Notes under the pieces: model-generated
What the model was told of the DNA's origin: nothing
The model's input: the letters and a program-made list of their open reading frames with translations, nothing else
Database searches by the model: none
Origin: Candidatus Omnitrophota bacterium
GTDB taxonomy: Bacteria > Omnitrophota > Gorgyraeia > Duberdicusellales > 4484-171
Assembly (NCBI GenBank): GCA_037146775.1
Contig: JBAWWL010000001.1
Span: 69,464 to 133,463, forward strand
Length of the DNA stretch: 64,000 nucleotides
Direction of reading: 5' to 3'
Part shown: positions 63,001 through 64,000 of the stretch, in pieces
Numbering within the stretch: position 1 is the first letter of the stretch
How the letters are laid out: each line of letters begins with the position of its first letter
Position numbers and translations under genes: made by a program

Positions 63001-64000
63001 TGTTGATGGCGTACGCTGGCTTAGTGATGGGACAATCAGTCAGTATGACCGCTTTAAAAGCTTGCGCGATGGTTTAGCCATTCCTTTAGTAGAATTATCG
63101 CCGGAGCAAAAGTGGTATTATTGTAGCGATAATGATGAGGTGTGGATAATTCTTGAAGAAGATTCTTCCGGCACCAAGCGCACAATTAACAATTGCGAAC
63201 GTAACAGGCATTTTACCCAAAACTCGGTAATAAGCGCGTCTGTCTCCAGCCCTTCGATTCGCTCCGCTCACTCAGGACATCGGTCCGCTTCGCCAAAGCT
63301 TCAGCGAGGAGAACATGGCAGTGCCTCTAGCTCATCGGTGATAGGTCCCCCATGTTTGACCGTAGCGCCGGAAAAAATTTTAAATGTAACGCTAGTTAAT
63401 TTGATTTCCTTACAATTCATAACACGTAGTCAATCAGGTCTTGCGATTAAGACTTTAACAGGTTATCTTGAGGCGAAGAAAAGACAAACAAAAAGAAAAG
63501 AAATAATAGTGCGTATGCTTGATATGCAAGAAATGTACGATAAGGTGAGCGATGCTCATCAGGAGGCAGGAGAAGATGTCATAGAGAGAGATTTTTATGA
63601 TGTTGTTGAGCAAGTGATTCAAGAGATTTGTGTTATCTGTCAAAGCGGCTATGCCGTGGTGGGCCTATCTATGAAATGGCAGACAATGCTTCCAGCAACG
63701 CTTATTATCCAAGGTGTACGCGAAAGATTAGCAAAGGTAAACGTAGCGGCGCCATTGTTTGTCATCGGTAATATCATCGCAACCTTTGGTTACGAAGAGC
63801 TTCTTAATCGGCAACCTTTTACAGACACAATAGCCGTGGTGGGAGAGGGTGAACAGGCGCTTGAGGCAATTGCAGAAATGGCCTTAGGGTCACAAAGCCC
63901 CCAAGGACTTACTGACTCTTCCCGTTACAAAGATATAGCTAATGTGGCAGTAAACATAGGAGGCAATATCTGCCAGTTGCATAGTGGAGTGCTGGATTTA
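2..64000 (+). CDS. Internal fragment of a giant multidomain ORF, partial at both ends, at least 21,333 codons in window. Mosaic of radical-SAM, methyltransferase, kinase, phosphatase, peptidase, dehydratase and membrane modules.
   Basis: Codon phase starting at nt 2. Manual codon-by-codon reading shows no in-frame stop across the window under the standard code. The ORF track has no + strand ORF in this phase. It has only short ORFs in + frames 1 and 3 and short minus-strand ORFs. Recognisable enzyme motifs occur in this phase along the entire length. Confidence 0.88.
3680..3820 (+). other. Two predicted transmembrane helices (FLWRLSLVVTIIFVPIMLSV ... ASILGIAIATVSIILVLT)
   Basis: Two ~20-aa uninterrupted hydrophobic stretches, flanked by basic residues. 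Confidence 0.6.
3970..5090 (+). other. Long coiled-coil region (~370 aa), rich in Gln/Glu/Arg/Leu with heptad character
   Basis: Translation reads ...IRQDLDRERLELEQARTRLDQDRRDWDKARAVREKEV...LQQKEEDLERRQRAAQQDLD...; low-complexity charged heptads. The antisense strand here yields the longest spurious ORFs in the track. Confidence 0.7.
6380..6900 (+). other. Possible class-I SAM-dependent methyltransferase-like fold (weak)
   Basis: Motif-I-like GKVILKDIGPGRGKII followed by acidic loop spacing. No further motifs checked. Confidence 0.3.
7400..8650 (+). other. Cobalamin-binding-like domain plus radical-SAM-like core (variant Cys spacing CX6CX2C)
   Basis: IRVFAGGPLVSAEGEAKTALKEMM...VLINGEAEELLPEV resembles the B12-binding domain of class B radical SAM enzymes. 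It is followed by ILYVPERGCRRNPRCSFCSF. Confidence 0.45.
10381..10775 (+). repeat. Intragenic ~125-aa module, copy 1 of 3 (DWPLILSTIEQNLLMQPCYRDE...LYTGITLSNLSQYLGYYTLVWEEF...ENLRPAKASSAI)
   Basis: ~75% nt identity to copy 2, with near-identical ends (aaggcgtcaagcgcgatagatgcc vs aaagcgtcaagcgcgatagagcta). Confidence 0.8.
12040..12415 (+). repeat. Intragenic ~125-aa module, copy 2 of 3
   Basis: DWVLILSTIDRPLLMQSCYRDEYVAVVVSTEHEEQKFLAVMLKQRIYCDDAATRGVLPAPILYTGITLSNLNQYLSHYTLIWEEFKRF...ENLRPVKASSAI. Confidence 0.8.
13020..13390 (+). repeat. Intragenic ~125-aa module, copy 3 of 3 (more diverged)
   Basis: DWPIILNNIYQSLLIQEQYLGDYVEVVVSADHEEQNLLAVMLKQRIYCDDAVTRGVLPVPVLYTGIILLSLSQYLSHYTLAWGEFRKF...EELRPRKDRSSS. 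Confidence 0.75.
14760..16210 (+). other. sdaA-like: Complete single-chain L-serine dehydratase ([4Fe-4S]-dependent; SDH beta + SDH alpha) embedded in the giant ORF
   Basis: The hallmark motifs are in the correct order and spacing relative to E. coli SdaA. They are FCGPSSSHTAGA (N-terminal beta-domain motif), VGAPTGGSCGIIPAVL, GSVGGCQAEIGSATAMAAAAL and GTTCEPVEGFVEVPCIDRNGLGAA (alpha-domain Cys motifs). Confidence 0.88.
17130..17660 (+). other. Class-I SAM-dependent methyltransferase fold
   Basis: Motif I DMLEVGSGDGSISDF, then acidic residue after beta2 (GIEVWPPY) and post-I spacing. Paralogous to the 50560-51070 domain. Confidence 0.5.
18040..18540 (+). other. Class-I SAM-dependent methyltransferase fold
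   Basis: AIDLGSGLGGSVGW (motif I), GADVQGVDILEEN (motif II), FDIALCLDIIYLMP, LKPGGKLAIHS (motif IV-like). Confidence 0.6.
19150..20260 (+). other. Amidohydrolase-superfamily, adenosine/AMP-deaminase-like domain
   Basis: KRERHTHVTMS (HxH metal motif), ISMHLGDF (HAGE-like), EGIVDRIGHG (RIGHG motif), downstream VYGSDG (TDD-like). Confidence 0.45.
20680..21160 (+). other. GHKL-type ATPase domain (HATPase_c; histidine-kinase/anti-sigma-kinase-like)
   Basis: N box EVFWNAIDHSPRGG, G1 box FNQGVGVD, G2 box EIGGLGLFLARQ, then GGTIEIYSTRGVGVLVAIVLP. Confidence 0.75.
21720..23300 (+). other. Helical region containing an internally duplicated ~90-aa unit (ALELFRSQPYRSIWPADAHLI... / ACDLFLREPQRSIWPGAERLI...)
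   Basis: Two copies ~1.27 kb apart with conserved RSIWP-x-A and downstream CxDPL motifs. Function unknown. A TPR-like stretch precedes it (21290-21700). Confidence 0.4.
23850..24250 (+). other. Possible bacterial Ig-like (Big) beta-sandwich domain
   Basis: Alternating beta-strand pattern VGKKFTIIVEILDVQGNPDVKVREKITFESSDSEA...HVFSITFGTVG. Weak. Confidence 0.25.
25745..26350 (+). repeat. Polytopic membrane module (about 6 TM helices), copy 1 of 2 (paralog at 35085-35705)
   Basis: PMRVIRIVSAIAIPIIAVILSVYFGGYYILLVESGFF...LFGGLYLAIFVFGAWYWFLNNY...PQYIVLIAVNSQILWSGFMMYWLESW. ~50% aa identity to copy 2 with conserved FGGLYLAIFV, FFI(Y/H)K(Y/F)LVCLN and PQYIVLIA. Confidence 0.7.
27608..27652 (+). 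repeat. Linker micro-repeat variant (ACTCAGTACTCAAGACTCACGACTAAATAAAATCAGTTCACCG)
   Basis: Same family as 30215-30266. Confidence 0.7.
30215..30266 (+). repeat. Linker micro-repeat: 3x ACTCACGACT-type decamers followed by AAATAAAACTAGCTCGCCG (encodes NSRLTTYDSRLNKTSSP)
   Basis: Direct tandem repeats visible in the sequence. The same motif occurs in seven other places, including a one-unit variant at 2531-2563. Confidence 0.8.
30400..31300 (+). other. Radical SAM domain (canonical CX3CX2C)
   Basis: LQLTYRCSFGCDDC, then GAGETT (GGE-like), VMIVTNTYL. Radical-SAM core order. Confidence 0.7.
32560..32830 (+). repeat. In-frame element B, copy 3 of 3 (diverged; hairpin 32596-32658)
   Basis: Conserved core ttggttgcggcgggatcggggctggcctacctttccgtggctggcggaggccaacttccctgccgta. 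Ends with SSPLS linker. Confidence 0.6.
34130..34900 (+). other. Calcineurin-like metallophosphoesterase (PPP/ApaH-type phosphatase fold)
   Basis: VVIGDVHDN (GDxHG), IYLGDYADSSDD (GDxxDRG), ILGNHDFA (GNHE), later LVLGHI (GH motif). Confidence 0.75.
35085..35705 (+). repeat. Polytopic membrane module, copy 2 of 2 (paralog of 25745-26350)
   Basis: TIRVMRLLSVVTIPIAAIMLSFYFGGWYIITVKSGFF...LFGGLYLAIFVYGAWFYILNTY...PQYIVLIAANLGILYSGILIYYLEEW. Confidence 0.7.
36721..36776 (+). repeat. Linker micro-repeat variant (TTCTCACTCCATACTCCATACTCAATACTCAATACTAGATAAAGCCAGTTCATCC)
   Basis: Degenerate ACTCMWTACTC tandem units ending in ...AGATAAAGCCAGTTC. Same family. Confidence 0.65.
36840..37860 (+). other. 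Third polytopic membrane domain (about 9-11 TM helices), unrelated to the 25.7k/35.1k modules
   Basis: Consecutive hydrophobic helices: VILALLTALTHALGFLFLGM, LAFWLFFFNLFTACIVFYLLA, IISSIILYFIFPYVPGAIILTFL, IVGVSIIAILGLLPMLA, LYGIVIGLMYGLI, VISYAVGLLVMALTVFFIF, ILLPFFIGITFFIGTWICAL, LPPLAVILGAFIAA. Confidence 0.7.
38150..38182 (+). repeat. Linker micro-repeat variant (CGCGACTCACGACTTATGAATCACGACTAATC)
   Basis: Same family; followed ~40 nt later by a TSSPLS linker. Confidence 0.65.
38240..39320 (+). other. Hanks-type Ser/Thr protein-kinase-like domain with substituted catalytic residues (predicted pseudokinase or atypical kinase)
   Basis: Gly-loop LGEGSYGKVFKV, VAIK-like YALKV, subdomain IX DIYSFGIVLFEM. 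The catalytic loop reads IVIKELKPDHIIL instead of HRDLKPEN (Asp to Glu). DFG is replaced by DLE. Confidence 0.6.
39440..39960 (+). other. gmk-like: Guanylate kinase-like domain
   Basis: P-loop FVVGPSGSGKSTL, then RNRLPKPGEEKRNSRVFVSAQEF...RGNWYGY, matching the Gmk pattern TRxPRPGExxGxxYxFVSxxxF...GNxYGT. Confidence 0.72.
40030..40640 (+). other. HAD-superfamily hydrolase domain (beta-phosphoglucomutase/phosphatase-like; motif I variant DLNHT)
   Basis: ALILDLNHTLY (motif I, second Asp replaced by Asn), KPDPELY (motif III Lys), VVGDSVDKDIEPAQRAGA (motif IV). Confidence 0.55.
40930..41420 (+). other. P-loop NTPase/kinase-like domain
   Basis: Walker A RLFGPPGSGKTEV. Downstream HDIDVLIVETSD is Walker-B-like. 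Confidence 0.45.
41620..42000 (+). other. Possible GNAT-type N-acetyltransferase fold (weak)
   Basis: HSVFVTLHNQHVFGDKRLYKFVGARLMQTAAII resembles GNAT motif A (R/QxxGxG/A). Low support. Confidence 0.25.
42600..43500 (+). other. Radical SAM domain (canonical CX3CX2C)
   Basis: LVIGPGVCSLGCEHCLQ, then WCIGEPFEN (GGE-like), ITFVSNLS. Confidence 0.65.
46325..47220 (+). repeat. ~300-aa module R, copy 1 of 2 (paralog at 59783-60680); function unknown
   Basis: LECNYNWLEAEKHILLESFSSPE...FTPRIYYELAYW...KTWLFCNICMGQAQGF...AWRRRLVKLELEVLSRQGFILATEVSKRLGF vs LECDYNWLQLQKGILLESYAGNL...FTPRIYLEFAWK...QTWLFCNMCMGHVQGF...SWRRERVELELSALEQQGFKAAAEVRRRLGF. Confidence 0.75.
47221..47535 (+). repeat. In-frame element B, copy 1 of 3 (~320 nt; contains conserved hairpin 47283-47348 and terminal ACTTATGACTCGCGATTAAGTAAAAGTAGCTCACCG linker)
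   Basis: ~80% nt identity with 57930-58250 over ~320 nt. Encodes SSPVTHRKTKEAEKQERKPWLRQVVFGQLTFPWLVGAGQPAVAV...KSYLFSSLANKSPP...YDSRLSKSSSP. Confidence 0.8.
50560..51070 (+). other. Class-I SAM methyltransferase fold, paralog of 17130-17660
   Basis: LLEVGGADSLLSLFMAHAFNLHATSVEVVRAWCEYAEIYRS... aligns residue by residue with DMLEVGSGDGSISDFMAHKFGIRATGIEVWPPYCEYANFLRD... Confidence 0.45.
52100..53250 (+). other. Cobalamin-binding domain plus radical SAM core (class-B-like radical SAM)
   Basis: ALVIIGGPSAQYPEQLAALVVDFDFLVRGDGNEILPELL (B12-binding-like), then LYLRYGCPHNCSFCNDP (CX3CX2C) and MVQLGTDG. Confidence 0.75.
54560..55100 (+). other. Class-I SAM methyltransferase fold
   Basis: VFIDFGAEAGILSFLAIACGASKVLSLE (motif I + acidic end of beta2), VVINMDGYF. 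Confidence 0.55.
55170..55200 (+). repeat. Linker micro-repeat variant (TTACTCACGACTAGGCAAGGCTAGCTCGTCC)
   Basis: Same family; single unit. Confidence 0.6.
57930..58250 (+). repeat. In-frame element B, copy 2 of 3 (hairpin 58010-58068)
   Basis: Encodes SSPAMHRKMKEKEQQERKSWLWQVITGQFTFPWLVGADQPAAAV...KSYLFSSLANKAPP...YSRLDKASSP. Stem shows ggtcag/ctgacc where copy 1 has ggccag/ctggcc. Confidence 0.8.
58380..58860 (+). other. Class-I SAM methyltransferase fold
   Basis: FLEIGSGKKCLIGRFL, VYAIDP, FLAPGGTLMVAG. Confidence 0.55.
59050..59400 (+). other. Peptidase M23 (LytM/lysostaphin-type zinc metallo-endopeptidase) domain
   Basis: HTGLDLLVPASTQVRAIAEGTVFIG (HxxxD), YVVVDHGKGMLSLYMHV, GDVIGEV, HPSHLHLEL (HxH). 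Canonical M23 motif order. Confidence 0.8.
59783..60680 (+). repeat. Module R, copy 2 of 2
   Basis: See copy 1. Both copies end in an SSP linker. Confidence 0.75.
60900..61420 (+). other. Second GHKL/HATPase_c-like ATPase domain
   Basis: IVNSVDAIFERIDRGKSGHP (N-box-like), AVLTDNGVGISLD (G1), GQRGGGMVEFF (G2). Confidence 0.5.
61740..62620 (+). other. NAD(P)-dependent epimerase/reductase, RmlD (dTDP-4-dehydrorhamnose reductase)-like Rossmann domain
   Basis: IAVIGASGFLGSYI (GxxGxxG), RPAVVIYAAGAV, PINQRGKIKAAGE (YxxxK region variant). Overall RmlD-like length and order. Confidence 0.65.
63620..64000 (+). other. Start of another cobalamin-binding-like domain (probably N-terminal part of a further class-B radical SAM module; truncated by window end)
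   Basis: VVGLSMKWQTMLPATLIIQGVRE...PLFVIGNIIATFGYEELL...DTIAVVGEGEQALEAIAEMA. Confidence 0.45.

Noticed and set aside
1-64000. Possibility that the absence of long ORFs in the track reflects an alternative genetic code (for example UGA=Trp)
   Set aside because: Phase 2 is open under the standard code over the full window, so no reassignment is needed. The other phases are not rescued by reading TGA as sense in the regions inspected.
1-64000. Transposons, IS elements, integrase genes or prophage content
   Set aside because: No transposase, integrase or resolvase motifs, terminal inverted repeats or target-site duplications were seen. All repeats identified are in-frame parts of the giant ORF.

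Overview
The whole 64 kb window appears to lie inside one uninterrupted + strand reading frame (codon phase = positions 2, 5, 8 ...) with no start or stop codon in the window. I read the phase by eye codon by codon under the standard genetic code and found no TAA/TAG/TGA from nt 2 to nt 64000, which gives at least 21,333 codons. The ORF track agrees: it lists no ORF in that phase. It lists only short ORFs (at most 90 aa) in the other two + phases, and only short antisense ORFs (at most 225 aa) on the minus strand. An ATG-to-stop ORF finder cannot report a frame that has no stop. I therefore call this window an internal fragment of a giant gene that extends beyond both window edges. No second gene, RNA gene, CRISPR array or mobile element is evident. 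The encoded polypeptide is a mosaic that I identified by sequence motifs. Near the 5' end it has two TM helices followed by a ~370-aa coiled coil. It carries at least five radical-SAM domains (three with a cobalamin-binding-like N-terminal part) and about six class-I SAM methyltransferase folds. It includes a complete single-chain L-serine dehydratase, an adenosine-deaminase-like amidohydrolase and two GHKL/HATPase_c ATPase domains. It includes a calcineurin-like metallophosphoesterase and a Hanks-type kinase-like domain with substituted catalytic residues. It includes a guanylate kinase, a HAD hydrolase, a P-loop kinase, an M23 (LytM-type) peptidoglycan peptidase and an RmlD-like NAD(P) epimerase/reductase. 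It also has HEAT-like repeats, three internal polytopic membrane modules and several large intragenic duplications. Domains are separated by a recurring (A/S/T)SSP(L/V/Q) linker that is also conserved at nucleotide level (CCAGCTCGCCG). This linker often follows in-frame ACTCACGACT-type micro-repeats. A ~330-nt in-frame element occurs three times and carries a hairpin with compensatory base changes. The architecture (cell-wall hydrolase plus many tailoring enzymes in one multi-10-kb ORF) resembles the giant multi-enzyme genes recently reported from uncultivated bacteria such as Omnitrophota. That attribution is inference only.
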